From: a virus
Taxonomy: Duplodnaviria; Caudoviricetes
Direction: 5' to 3' (one strand)
DNA: 64,000 bases
IMG/VR virus record: IMGVR_UViG_3300046694_000619
Numbering within the stretch: position 1 is the first letter of the stretch; every line of letters begins with the position of its first letter. The notes under the pieces are model-generated. The model ran no database searches. It saw only the letters and a program-made list of their open reading frames with translations, and was not told the origin of the DNA. Shown here in pieces: positions 50,126 to 60,192 of the stretch. Position numbers and translations under genes: made by a program.

Positions 50126-50420
50126 CGTGTTTGACAGGGTGTGCGTGCGGTCGCGACGCGAGGAATTCAAGGAAGTCGCAGGTTTAGGCTTCCCGGTCAC
50201 AAGTATATCGTAAAAAGGCGTGTTGTCGAGTTTGAGCCTATCAAGGTCGGGCAGCCAGGGAGTGAGTTGTGCTGCCACGCACTTGCTACCTTCAGGTAAT
50301 GGCGTCAGGTGCACGCTCACATCGGGCGGGCTGGTGAGCCTTAGTCGTTTGTTGTGTTTTACGTAAAATGTGCTATAATGCTAGTTAATTATTCAATTTC
50401 TGCCTTCCGAGGAAACGCCC

Positions 50421-51677
50421 ATGTTCTTCCACATCATGCTGGAAATCTTCGAACTGCTGCCGGTGCTGCTCATCATCTGCACAGCAGTCAACTTCCTGCT
50501 GCGCCTGCTCACGAAGGCCGCGCAACCGATGCGCGACTACACCTACCAGCCGAAGGTCAGCGTGCTCGTGCCGGTCTACAACGAGGGCGAGAACATTCTC
50601 AACACACTCAACAGCATCATCAACGCCGACTGGCCTCGCGACAAGCTGGAAATCATCGCGTATGACGACTTCAGCAAGGACGAGTCGATGATGTACGTGC
50701 AGCAGATTGCGGACGCGCATCCGGGCCTGGTTCGGGTCGGCCGCAACCCGGTGAACTCGGGTAAGCACCTGACCGTGCTGAACGCATCCAAGCACGCTAC
50801 GGGCGAGATTTTCATCGTCATCGACAGCGACTGCATCTTCCACAAGGACGTTATCAAGGAACTCGTGGCGTGCTTCGGCGATGAACGTGTCGGTGCGGTC
50901 GGCGGCGCGGTGGGCATCACCAACGTGAACGACAACATCTACACGATGGCGCAGGCCGTGACCTACTTCCGCAGCTTCCAGTTGGGCAAGCTCACGCAGA
51001 TTCTACAGGGTGGCGTCAGCTGCATCAGCGGGTGCCTGTTCTCGGTGCGCGCCTCCGTCTATCGCGACATCGAGGACGACATCAAGAATCTGAACTTCCT
51101 GGGTGTCAAGGTCCGCGCCGGCGAAGACCGGTACATGACGCACACCATCATGCTGCGCGGCTGGCGTACCCTCATTAACCCGAACGCTATCTGCTGGACG
51201 TCGGTGCCCAACAAGTTCGACGTGCTGTTCAAGCAGCAACTTCGCTGGTCGCGCTCGGCGCTGCGTGATGCGATGTGGACGCTGGTGACGCTGCGCAAGA
51301 ACTTCGAAGTCGTGGGTGTCAACCGGACCCTGACGTGGCTCATGCCTTATGTGCTGGCCATCCTCGTGACTTTCTTCGCACTGAGCTGCGTAAAGGTCTA
51401 TGGCCCCGGCGTGTTCTGGAAGGGCGCCTGCTTCGGCCTGATTTACGGTGCCGTGACCTCCATCATGTCCGCGTTGGCCTACAACTACTATGCGCCGCGC
51501 CTGATGCCGGGCTCGAAGAAAATCAGTACCGTACTGGCGGTGGGTCTGTTCCAGGCCTGGGGCCTGATTTCTCTGATGCTGCACTTCATGGCACTGTTTT
51601 CGTTCGACCAGGACGCATGGGGCACGCGGGAGAAGGTAGCGACGCCCGAGCAGGAAGGTGCCACTTCTGCCAATTGA
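50421..51677 (+). CDS. processive GT2 glycosyltransferase, hyaluronan-synthase/NodC/chitin-synthase-like
   Basis: PVYNE, DD, GK, DSD, CISG, GEDR, QQLRW, C-terminal TMs and WGTR. Confidence 0.9.
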   Translation: MFFHIMLEIFELLPVLLIICTAVNFLLRLLTKAAQPMRDYTYQPKVSVLVPVYNEGENILNTLNSIINADWPRDKLEIIAYDDFSKDESMMYVQQIADAHPGLVRVGRNPVNSGKHLTVLNASKHATGEIFIVIDSDCIFHKDVIKELVACFGDERVGAVGGAVGITNVNDNIYTMAQAVTYFRSFQLGKLTQILQGGVSCISGCLFSVRASVYRDIEDDIKNLNFLGVKVRAGEDRYMTHTIMLRGWRTLINPNAICWTSVPNKFDVLFKQQLRWSRSALRDAMWTLVTLRKNFEVVGVNRTLTWLMPYVLAILVTFFALSCVKVYGPGVFWKGACFGLIYGAVTSIMSALAYNYYAPRLMPGSKKISTVLAVGLFQAWGLISLMLHFMALFSFDQDAWGTREKVATPEQEGATSAN

Positions 51678-51789
51678 AAAACGGGCTGTTAACTTACGCG
51701 TTATTTGCGATAAAGAACCTTTCTGTGGTATAATGCTACTCATCAGTTAAGGTTCAGCCGTTTCCACAACACTATTTGCCGAGAAAATC

Positions 51790-52899
51790 ATGAATACCCG
51801 TATCGCTTCTGCTGGTGGCTTTTTTGCCCGTTTTCAGATGTCAAATTATCAGAGCGGTCTGCTGAAGAGCTATCGCTGGTTCGCCGTCATCATCCTGACC
51901 ACCATCCTCGTGTGTGCGGCGGGCTACGGTATCTCGATGCTCACGTTCGTGGTCAACTCGAGCTGGGTCGCGCCGGTTATCCTGAGCAAGTCCGACCCTC
52001 ACGTCGCGCAGCTCGCAGCCCAGGTGTTCCAGGCCAAACAGAACTACGACCAGATGAAGGGCGAACTGGATAGCGCGGAACAGGCGCGCAACCTGCTGCA
52101 AACCCAGAAAGACTGGCTCTCGGGCATCATCGCCCGCTACGAGCACTCGCTGGGCGACGAGCAGAACGCCAATGCGCAGTTTAACGGCCAGCTGCAAAAG
52201 CTGGTCTCTGAGCGCAAGGCAATCAATGCCCGCTCGGCGCAACTGGTGGCGGCGAACCGTCAGGTGTCGGACGGCATCGACCAGTCGCTCAAGGCCGGTC
52301 TGGTGACTGCGGTGACGGCAACGCAGGCTCGGGCAGGGCTGGTGTCGGCCGAGCAGGCATTGGCGGACAGCAAGGTGGCCGTGGCGACGATTGACAACCA
52401 GATTTCACAGCTGACGCGGGGCGTGCAGTCCCTCGGCGGTGGCAATAGCTCGCCGGAAGCCATGCAAAGCCTCGCCCAGGTCAGTATCCTTAAGCAGGAA
52501 CTGAATGAAACGAACCTGAAGCTCGTGCAACTGAATGCCGACGTGAAGGTTAAGACCAAGGAAGCTATCGAACTGGAGTCGATGCTCAACGGCCTCAAGG
52601 CCAGCCCGTACTACATGGCAGCCTACGGCGACAAGGACATCCGTCGCTTCGCGTTCGTGCCGTACGACAACGAAGAATCTGCACATATCGGCGCTCCGGT
52701 GTACTCGTGCAAGGCTGAAATCGTGCTGTGCTTCAAGGTGGGCCGTGTGAAGGCGATTACGAAGGACGAAGAACACGCACAACACCCGCTGTTCAGCACG
52801 CAACTGCGCGGCGTCCTGGTTGAACTGGACCTCGACGACAGCAAGGCAGCCAAGGACCAGGTTCTGTTCGTCGGTCACAGCCCCTTCTACATCCTCTGA
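51790..52899 (+). CDS. HlyD/membrane-fusion-like periplasmic adaptor
   Basis: Single N-terminal TM, about 200-aa coiled coil, C-terminal FAFVP...IGAPV beta domain. Confidence 0.6.
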   Translation: MNTRIASAGGFFARFQMSNYQSGLLKSYRWFAVIILTTILVCAAGYGISMLTFVVNSSWVAPVILSKSDPHVAQLAAQVFQAKQNYDQMKGELDSAEQARNLLQTQKDWLSGIIARYEHSLGDEQNANAQFNGQLQKLVSERKAINARSAQLVAANRQVSDGIDQSLKAGLVTAVTATQARAGLVSAEQALADSKVAVATIDNQISQLTRGVQSLGGGNSSPEAMQSLAQVSILKQELNETNLKLVQLNADVKVKTKEAIELESMLNGLKASPYYMAAYGDKDIRRFAFVPYDNEESAHIGAPVYSCKAEIVLCFKVGRVKAITKDEEHAQHPLFSTQLRGVLVELDLDDSKAAKDQVLFVGHSPFYIL

Positions 52900-53091
52900 T
52901 TCTCCAAAGCCGGCCGGGGCCAACGCTCTGGCCGGTTTGTCTTTTTGGCCTATCGAAACAACAGGCCAAACGTATAACATAAAACACGTTTCAAGCACGC
53001 AAATGCGTTGCTGTGCAAGCTGTTTTCTGTTATAATGAAGTCATTAGTAGTTCATCACGAATAACATTAAACGCCGATACGAGGTAGGACC

Positions 53092-54159
53092 ATGCAACCC
53101 AAGTACAAGACGCTCGCCGTCGCAGTGGCGCTCGCTGCCCTCTCGACCTCCAGTTTTGCCGATGAATCCGACGCCTTCTGCAATCTGACGCAGGCTCAGG
53201 CGGAAGTGCAGAAGCAGTTGCTGGGCTCGGCTCGGATGTTTGCTACGACCGGCAACCCTGCAACGGGCAACAGCAGCACGGTTACAGTGGGCTTCAGCAA
53301 GTCCCTGTCGAAGCAGCTGCAGGCCAAGACGACGGGTGAACTGGCGGATGCAACCTGCGACTCGTATCGCGCGGACCGTAAGCTCGCAGAGCAGGCGCAA
53401 AACGTCGAGCAGCGCGGCAACCTCCATGCGTTCGAGGCGATGGAGCCTCTGCTGCGTCAGGCGCTCGATACAGCAAGCGCCAACGTGGCAACGGAAGAAG
53501 CCAAGCTGCGCGCCCATACGGCGACGCTTGCCGACGTCAAGGCGGCCTATGACGCTCGTGACGTGGTGCGCAGCCTCCTGACGGCGCTCCAGCAAACCCG
53601 CAGCCGCATTGCAAACCAGTTGCCCGAAGCCGAAGTGCCGCTCGGCGGCCTGGTGCATGACGCAATCACGGCGCACGCTGCCGTGGCGAGCGAAACTGCC
53701 CATCTGGCCGCACAGTCGGCGTGGGATGTCTCCATCGCGGCCGGCGCACAGACGGACCCAAGGAATGGCGGGACAACCAAGCCGTTTGTCGGCCTCACGG
53801 TCACGTACAGCTTCGGCGCGGGCGCTGCGAATCGCGCGGCGAACACGGTGGCCGGGCTGTCCGAGAAGTATGAAAACGAACAACGCGATGGTCCGCTGCA
53901 GCAGTACATCCGGGCCAAGGAAACGGCGCACGGCCTGATTCAGGCGGAAGAGGGCGTCCTCCAGGGGCTGTATGAGCGCAAGACGCTGGCCGACAACACG
54001 GTCGACCGGCTGAAGGGTATCCAGACCGATGATGCGCAGCGCGCACTGCGTCAGGCGAACCTGGAGCAACTCGGCGTCCAGGCTCAAATCGCCGGTTCCG
54101 AAGCGCGGCTGGACTATCTGCGGCTCTGGATTGCTCGTAACGCGGACCCGCGAGGCTGA
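53092..54159 (+). CDS. TolC/outer-membrane-factor-like secreted protein
   Basis: Signal peptide SFA-D; two repeats of long helices plus amphipathic strands (TVTVGFSKSL; FVGLTVTYSF). Confidence 0.5.
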   Translation: MQPKYKTLAVAVALAALSTSSFADESDAFCNLTQAQAEVQKQLLGSARMFATTGNPATGNSSTVTVGFSKSLSKQLQAKTTGELADATCDSYRADRKLAEQAQNVEQRGNLHAFEAMEPLLRQALDTASANVATEEAKLRAHTATLADVKAAYDARDVVRSLLTALQQTRSRIANQLPEAEVPLGGLVHDAITAHAAVASETAHLAAQSAWDVSIAAGAQTDPRNGGTTKPFVGLTVTYSFGAGAANRAANTVAGLSEKYENEQRDGPLQQYIRAKETAHGLIQAEEGVLQGLYERKTLADNTVDRLKGIQTDDAQRALRQANLEQLGVQAQIAGSEARLDYLRLWIARNADPRG

Positions 54160-54374
54160 CCTGAAGCCTGTCGACTAGCCAGGCGCCAGTGCGAGTTCAC
54201 GTATTGCGCATTTAACGATATACCATAGTAATTAGGCCTTCTTTCTGTTCCTGTTATGTTTGTTTTGTGCTATAATGGGAACCATGCACTGATTAGTTCT
54301 ACTTGCCGGTAGCAGTGCTCGAAAACCACATCATTGCCAGCGCAGCTGGTACAAATTCTACGGGACGTTAGAAA

Positions 54375-55673
54375 ATGAACAAGACTTCGCAAATCGCTAT
54401 CATCGGCCTCGGTTATGTCGGCGCACCGCTCGCGCTGGAGCTGGCCAAGCACAACAACGTTATCGGTTTCGACATCAACGTCGAACGCGTCACGGAACTG
54501 AGCCAGGGGCACGACCGTACTCGCGAAATGGCGAGCGACGAGCTCATGGGCCTGCTCGCAGACAAGCGCCTGATGCTGACGGCCGACGTCGAGAACCTGC
54601 GCGAAGCTGACATTTTCATCGTGACCGTCCCGACTCCGGTGAGCGATGCGAACGTGCCCGACATGGGCTGCGTGCTGGCGGCCACCCGCACGGTCGGCCA
54701 GGTGATGAAGAAGGGCGCCATCGTCGTCTACGAAAGCACGGTCTACCCTGGTGCGACGGAGGACGAATGCCTGCCGGTCCTGAAAAAGGTCTCGGGCTAC
54801 GAATACCCGCAAGAATTTGCAATCGGCTACTCGCCGGAGCGTATCAATCCGGGTGACCAGGTGCACCGCCTGACGAACACGACCAAGATTGTCTCGGGCG
54901 ACCGTCCGGAAGTGCTCGAAACCCTGGCTGCCCTGTACGGCTCGATTACGAACATCCACCGCGCGCCGGCCATCAAGGTCGCAGAAAGCGCGAAGGTGCT
55001 CGAAAACGTGCAGCGTGACGTCAATATCGCGCTCATGAACGAGGCGTACCAGATTTTCAATCACTGCGGCGTGGATACGCACGACGTGCTGGCGGCAGCG
55101 GGCACGAAGTGGAACTTCTTGAAGTTCGAACCGGGTCTGGTGGGCGGCCACTGCATTTCGGTGGACCCGCACTACCTGAGCCACAAGGCCGCAACCGAAG
55201 GCTTCCAGGCCAAGCTCATCATGGCTTCGCGTGCAACGAACGACGCAATGCCCGCGTTCATCGTCGACCAGCTGGTCAAGAAGATGGTCAAGACGGTCGG
55301 GCTGAACCGCGACACGGTCGTGACCGTGCTCGGCGCGACATTCAAGGAAAACGTGCCGGACGTGCGCAACTCGAAGGTCGCGGACATCTGCGAAGAACTC
55401 GGCAAGTACGGTGTGAAGGTGCAGGTCGTTGACCCGCTGGCCAACCAGACCGAGGTCGAGCACGAGCTGGGGCTGACGATGGTTTCGCTGGCAGATGCGC
55501 AAGCGAACCCGGCCGACGCGGTGATTCTCGCTGTGCCGCATCAGGACTTCATCGCCGACGGCGGCTGGTCGCTCATGGAAAGCCTCGCCAAGCCGGAACT
55601 GGCGCTGGTGATGGACTTCAAGGCGAAGCTGAACGCCGAAAACGCTCCGGCTCACCTGCACGTCTGCCGCTAA
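54375..55673 (+). CDS. UDP-N-acetylhexosamine/UDP-glucose 6-dehydrogenase (TviB/WbpO-like)
   Basis: GLGYVG, VPTP, ESTVYPG, SPERINPG, GGHC, FKENVPDVRNS. Confidence 0.93.
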   Translation: MNKTSQIAIIGLGYVGAPLALELAKHNNVIGFDINVERVTELSQGHDRTREMASDELMGLLADKRLMLTADVENLREADIFIVTVPTPVSDANVPDMGCVLAATRTVGQVMKKGAIVVYESTVYPGATEDECLPVLKKVSGYEYPQEFAIGYSPERINPGDQVHRLTNTTKIVSGDRPEVLETLAALYGSITNIHRAPAIKVAESAKVLENVQRDVNIALMNEAYQIFNHCGVDTHDVLAAAGTKWNFLKFEPGLVGGHCISVDPHYLSHKAATEGFQAKLIMASRATNDAMPAFIVDQLVKKMVKTVGLNRDTVVTVLGATFKENVPDVRNSKVADICEELGKYGVKVQVVDPLANQTEVEHELGLTMVSLADAQANPADAVILAVPHQDFIADGGWSLMESLAKPELALVMDFKAKLNAENAPAHLHVCR

Positions 55674-55815
55674 TCGCGCAGCCACAACCCCTTTCTATCG
55701 GCAGCTGGAGTGTCCCCTCCGGCATTTTATAGCCCGGCCAAGTGCCGGGCTTTTTTTGCGAACATGAAAAAAGCCGCAGCGAACTGCGGCTCGAGAGGTT
55801 TGAGACGGGTAGTGC

Positions 55816-56112
55816 TTAGACCGGCAAGGCATTCTCGACGGGGGAATCCTCAACGAGCCAGCCGGGAAGACCAGCACGCATGCAGGCAGCCGCGGACGCG
55901 CCACTTGGGCCATCGTCAGGCACCACTTCTACCAGTTTGACGTCGGCGGGGGCAGGAGTCGACCAGGTCTCCATGTAGTCACGCGCGTCAGCTTCGGAAG
56001 GGAAGGTGACTGCCGAGGGCTGACCCGCAGCATCCAGGTTCGTCCAGAAGCCCAGACCGAAACACTCACCCAGGAACACGCCATTCTCTTTGCTATAAAT
56101 GACCACAGCCAT
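55816..56112 (-). CDS. hypothetical protein
   Basis: GGAG RBS; CTATAC 46 nt upstream. Confidence 0.65.
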   Translation of the reverse strand: MAVVIYSKENGVFLGECFGLGFWTNLDAAGQPSAVTFPSEADARDYMETWSTPAPADVKLVEVVPDDGPSGASAAACMRAGLPGWLVEDSPVENALPV

Positions 56113-56286
56113 TGCATTTCTCCAGTTTTGTCCACGAATTTTACAAGGTACTCACGCAGTATAGGGTTCGCCTGGCGCAAACCCGGGCACCCAGAGAAAG
56201 TGTTCGCATCATCCGCTTGACCGGCGACTATACTTAGATGTAAAATGCGATTAACGATTAACAATCAACCAACAAAAACCATCACC

Positions 56287-57165
56287 ATGAACCACATTGC
56301 ACTGCACTCGTTCACCGCCGAAGGCGACATGACCAGCTACCCGGACATCCAGTTCATGTCGTTCCCGGGTGGCGAGCGCCACGCCCGTCTGCCGGTTGAC
56401 GACATCCTGCTCGCAGGCCCGGTGTCCTTCTGGAGCATCGAAGCGCGCGTATACACGCCGGCTGACATCATGGACCTGATGCTCGTCACGGACGCACTGC
56501 GCCGGGTGATTCCCGCAGGCAGCATACTGAAGCTCGTGATGCCCTACGTGCCGTACGCCCGCCAGGACCGTGTGGCCGTGGACGGCGAGCCGCTCTCGAT
56601 TGCGGTCTTCTGCAACCTCATCAATGCCCTGGCCTTCGACCAGGTCGAAATCTGGGACCCGCACAGCGACGTGACGCCCGCGCTCATCAAGAATGTGCGC
56701 ATCCGTCCGACGCGCGACCTGATGTTTGCTGCGTTCGGCATGAAGGGCGGGGCAAGCCTGCTGCGCGACTGCGCGTTCGTCGCCCCCGACGCTGGCGCCC
56801 GCAAGCGTGTCTCGACGCTCGCCAAGATGTTCAACACCGACGTTGTGTTCGCCGACAAGAAGCGCGACCCGGTAACGGGCAAGCTCTCGGGCGCGCAGGT
56901 ACAGGGCGATGTGCCCGCGAAGCCGCTGCTCGTGGTCGATGACATCTGTGACGGTGGCGGCACCTTCATTGAACTGGCCCGCGTGCTGCGCGAAAAGACG
57001 GACCAGCCGCTGTACCTCTATGTCACGCACGGCCTGTTCACGAAAGGCCTGGAGCCGCTCAAGGCCGCCTACGCTGGCGTGTTCTCGGCGAACTGCCGTG
57101 ATGCAGAAATCGCGAGCCAGCTCGGGATTTTCGAATCGGCTGAACTCGAAGGCGTGAGTTCCTGA
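56287..57165 (+). CDS. ribose-phosphate pyrophosphokinase-like protein (Prs or ADPR-PP synthetase Adps)
   Basis: FPGGE, PYARQDR, DPHS, APDAGA, KKRD, VDDICDGGGT, THG. Confidence 0.9.
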   Translation: MNHIALHSFTAEGDMTSYPDIQFMSFPGGERHARLPVDDILLAGPVSFWSIEARVYTPADIMDLMLVTDALRRVIPAGSILKLVMPYVPYARQDRVAVDGEPLSIAVFCNLINALAFDQVEIWDPHSDVTPALIKNVRIRPTRDLMFAAFGMKGGASLLRDCAFVAPDAGARKRVSTLAKMFNTDVVFADKKRDPVTGKLSGAQVQGDVPAKPLLVVDDICDGGGTFIELARVLREKTDQPLYLYVTHGLFTKGLEPLKAAYAGVFSANCRDAEIASQLGIFESAELEGVSS

Positions 57166-57236
57166 CCAAAAGTCTTTGACAAAATCGCATAGTATGAAAT
57201 ACGATTTTCGACTTCACAAGTCACCCAATCATTAGC

Positions 57237-58163
57237 ATGCCCGAATCGGTGTTGTCCGGCCCCAGCTACGTTTACGCACTCTGTGACCCGCGCAAGCCAC
57301 TTGATGACGCGAGAGGGTTGCCTTACGAGCCGTTCTACATTGGGAAAGGTTCTGAGCGGCGAGTGTTTGCTCACTTTCGGAACGGAGTCTACCAGAACAC
57401 ATACAACCCTCATAAGACGAGGAAGTTGAAGCGAATCCGAGCAGAGTGTGGTCGAGATGCCTTGATAGTGTTTATTCGTGACGGCCTGACCGACGCTGCA
57501 GCATATGAACTGGAGGCTGTCCTCGTCGGCCAATGGGGCCGTCTGAACGATGGTACTGGCGTATTAACAAACGTGACAGCGGGCGGCACTGTTTTGAGCG
57601 AAAAGGCGTACGCGCCCGAAGTTATTCGAAAAGTTGCAGCGAGCCGGAAGGGAATACCGCTGACTGAGCAGCATAAGGAAAGCATCCGACGAAGGGCTAT
57701 CGGTCGTCGGCCTTCTGATGAGACGAAAGAGAAGATTCGCATGGCGCGCCTGACGCGCGCGGTACCGGTCTCCGACGAGACGCGGGAGAAATTGCGAGTG
57801 GTGCATTCGGGCAAGCCTAAGCCTGTGGGCTTCGGGCAACGAGTGAGTGAAGCAAAGCAAGGCAAGCCCAGGCCCGACAACGTAGGCAGGCTGAGTAAGC
57901 CGGTTTCGATGTATGGTGTCGATGGTTTGCTCCTTGCGACATATCCGAGTGCTCGCATTGCGTGGGATGTTACTGGCGTCGACTACAAGGCTATCAGTGC
58001 TTGTTGTACCGGAGCTCAAAAAACCTGCTGGAAGGCCGACAAGTTGGTCACCTTCAGATTCGGGGCGGCGGACGAAATTGAACAATTGAAATTGGCCAGC
58101 CGGGGTCGCCATGTTTGCCGGGCTCCAAGAATTGTCTCAAAGAAGAGGCTGGAGCCACTTTAG
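57237..58163 (+). CDS. free-standing GIY-YIG homing endonuclease with NUMOD3/NUMOD1-like repeats
   Basis: YVYAL..FYIGKG...R, LTN; SDETKEKIR and SDETREKLR repeats; KPVSMY...YPSA...AISACC; lower GC. Confidence 0.85.
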   Translation: MPESVLSGPSYVYALCDPRKPLDDARGLPYEPFYIGKGSERRVFAHFRNGVYQNTYNPHKTRKLKRIRAECGRDALIVFIRDGLTDAAAYELEAVLVGQWGRLNDGTGVLTNVTAGGTVLSEKAYAPEVIRKVAASRKGIPLTEQHKESIRRRAIGRRPSDETKEKIRMARLTRAVPVSDETREKLRVVHSGKPKPVGFGQRVSEAKQGKPRPDNVGRLSKPVSMYGVDGLLLATYPSARIAWDVTGVDYKAISACCTGAQKTCWKADKLVTFRFGAADEIEQLKLASRGRHVCRAPRIVSKKRLEPL

Positions 58164-58256
58164 AGATTGAGCCCTAGCCGCCAAGGCTAGCTGTCCCGCA
58201 TAACGCACGGCCGCAACCTTCGAATTGCGACGCAGAAGTCAAATGCACAAAACTGT

Positions 58257-58284
58257 TTGACATAGAAAGCTTTTGTGCTATACT
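58257..58284 (+). promoter_or_regulatory. sigma70 promoter of the Nampt-like gene
   Basis: TTGACA-16-TATACT with TG extension. Confidence 0.75.
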
Positions 58285-58342
58285 TAATCGTAAGTCGCAA
58301 CTAACACCTAATACCGCGTAAAACTCAAGAAGGATTTTAACC

Positions 58343-60064
58343 ATGAATGCACCGCACGCACCCGCCGCAATCCCCGCCGCCCTCAAGAACGGCACCATCC
58401 CCATGAATCTCGCGGATTTTTATAAAACCGGGCACCCTGGCATGTACCCGACGGAAACGAAGACGCTGGTGGCAACGTTCACGCCGCGCGGCGACAAGTA
58501 CGCGCCGGTGCGCAACTCGCCGTTCTACGACAAAAAGGTGGTGTGGCACGGCCTGAAGGGCTTCATCAAGGAGTTCCTCATCGACAAGTTCAACGCCGAC
58601 TTCTTCACGATGTCGAAGGAGCAGGCGGTCCGCAAGTTCAAGCGCCGCGTGGACTCGGCCCTGGGCGCGGGCAAGGTCGCGATGACGCAAATCGGAAAGC
58701 TGCACGACCTGGGCTATCTGCCGCTGGAAATCCGTTCGCTGCCCGAGGGCAGTCGTGTGTATATCAAAGTTCCTCCGGTGGTCTTTATCAATACAAATGA
58801 TGCCTTTGCTTGGGTCTCGACCTACTTCGAAACCCTTTTCAGCACGGAAATGTGGAAGCCTTCGACGGTCGCCACCATCGCATTCGAATTCCGCAAAATT
58901 CTCACGTATTTCGCCAAGCTGACGGGCTCGCCGCTGGACTTCGTCAGCTGGCAGGGCCACGACTTCTCGATGCGCGGCATGAGCGGCGTACACGACGCAG
59001 CACGCAGCGGCAGCGGCCACCTGCTTTCGTTCTGGGGCACGGATACCATTCCGGCCATCGACTACATCGAAGACTACTACGGCGCCGACTCAGACGCGGA
59101 GCTCATCGGCGGCTCGGTGCCGGCGACCGAACACAGCGTCATGACGCTGCGCATCCTGCTCGTCACGCAACGCCTGCAGCGCGACCCGGCGAATGCGGGT
59201 ATGGACGGAAAGGCACTGCGCAAGATGGCCGAATTTGAGGTCGTCCGTGAACTCATCGCCGACCTGGTCCCCACGGGCATCATCAGCATCGTAGCGGACA
59301 GCTTCGACTACTGGAACGTCATCACGGACATCCTGCCGCGCCTGAAGGACGTTATCAAGGCACGCAAGCCGGACGAGCTGGGCAATGCCAAGGTCGTCGC
59401 GCGTCCGGATAGTGGCGACCCGGTCAAGATTCTGACGGGCTACCTCAACAAGGAACTGGTCTGCGATGCTGCGGGTACGCCGGTGTTCAGCGAAGGCCGC
59501 TACACGGCGCTGGACGGCACGCGTATCACCGAAGCAGAGCGCAAGGGTTCGGTGGCATGCCTGTGGGATTCGTTCGGCGGCACCATCACGAGCACCGGCC
59601 ACAAGCTGCTCGACCCGCACATCGGCCTCATCTACGGCGACTCGATTACGCTGGACCGCGCAATCGCCATCCTGTCGCGCCTGGCTGCCAATGGTTTCGC
59701 CTCGGGCAACGTCGTGTTCGGCATCGGCTCATTTACGTACCAGATGCTGTCGCGGGACTCGTTCGCCTGGGCAATGAAGGCGCAATACGCAGAAGTCGGC
59801 GACGAAGTTGTCGAAATCTACAAGGACCCGGCAACGGACGACGGCACCAAGAAGTCGGCGGTCGGTCTGCTGCGTGTCGAGAAGGAAGGTGATGACTTCG
59901 TGCTCTACGACCGTCAGACGCGCGAACAGTTCGACCAGGGCGAACTGAAGCCGGTCTTCCGCAACAGCCAGCTGCTCGTCGATGAAAAGTGGGCTGTCAT
60001 CCGCGAACGTCTGCTGTCCTCGTGGGTCTGCCCGGAACCGGGTACCGTCCAGTTCGCAGTCTGA
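58343..60064 (+). CDS. nicotinamide phosphoribosyltransferase-like protein (NadV/Nampt or Namat)
   Basis: ADFYKTGH, HDFSMRG, SVPATEHS, SIVADS, RPDSGDP, IYGDSI, FGIGS, KDPATDDGTKKS. Confidence 0.92.
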   Translation: MNAPHAPAAIPAALKNGTIPMNLADFYKTGHPGMYPTETKTLVATFTPRGDKYAPVRNSPFYDKKVVWHGLKGFIKEFLIDKFNADFFTMSKEQAVRKFKRRVDSALGAGKVAMTQIGKLHDLGYLPLEIRSLPEGSRVYIKVPPVVFINTNDAFAWVSTYFETLFSTEMWKPSTVATIAFEFRKILTYFAKLTGSPLDFVSWQGHDFSMRGMSGVHDAARSGSGHLLSFWGTDTIPAIDYIEDYYGADSDAELIGGSVPATEHSVMTLRILLVTQRLQRDPANAGMDGKALRKMAEFEVVRELIADLVPTGIISIVADSFDYWNVITDILPRLKDVIKARKPDELGNAKVVARPDSGDPVKILTGYLNKELVCDAAGTPVFSEGRYTALDGTRITEAERKGSVACLWDSFGGTITSTGHKLLDPHIGLIYGDSITLDRAIAILSRLAANGFASGNVVFGIGSFTYQMLSRDSFAWAMKAQYAEVGDEVVEIYKDPATDDGTKKSAVGLLRVEKEGDDFVLYDRQTREQFDQGELKPVFRNSQLLVDEKWAVIRERLLSSWVCPEPGTVQFAV

Positions 60065-60192
60065 GCGGCGAGCCCCCGCCCAGCGGGGGTTTTCTTTGCG
60101 CAATAACTCACGGCACGAGCCATGTCGCAATCGTTAATCGCAATTTACGACAAAGTATGATATACTGTGTAAACAGTATTCGAGAGGTCTCC

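Noticed and set aside
50421-51677. nodC nodulation gene
   Set aside because: No nodA, nodB, nodI/J or nod box nearby; the context points to polysaccharide export.
57166-58342. Group I intron
   Set aside because: Both flanking genes are complete with their own start and stop codons, and no intron core was recognised.
60162-60179. Possible LexA SOS box
   Set aside because: Spacing is CTGT-N4-ACAG, not the N8 of the beta/gammaproteobacterial box.
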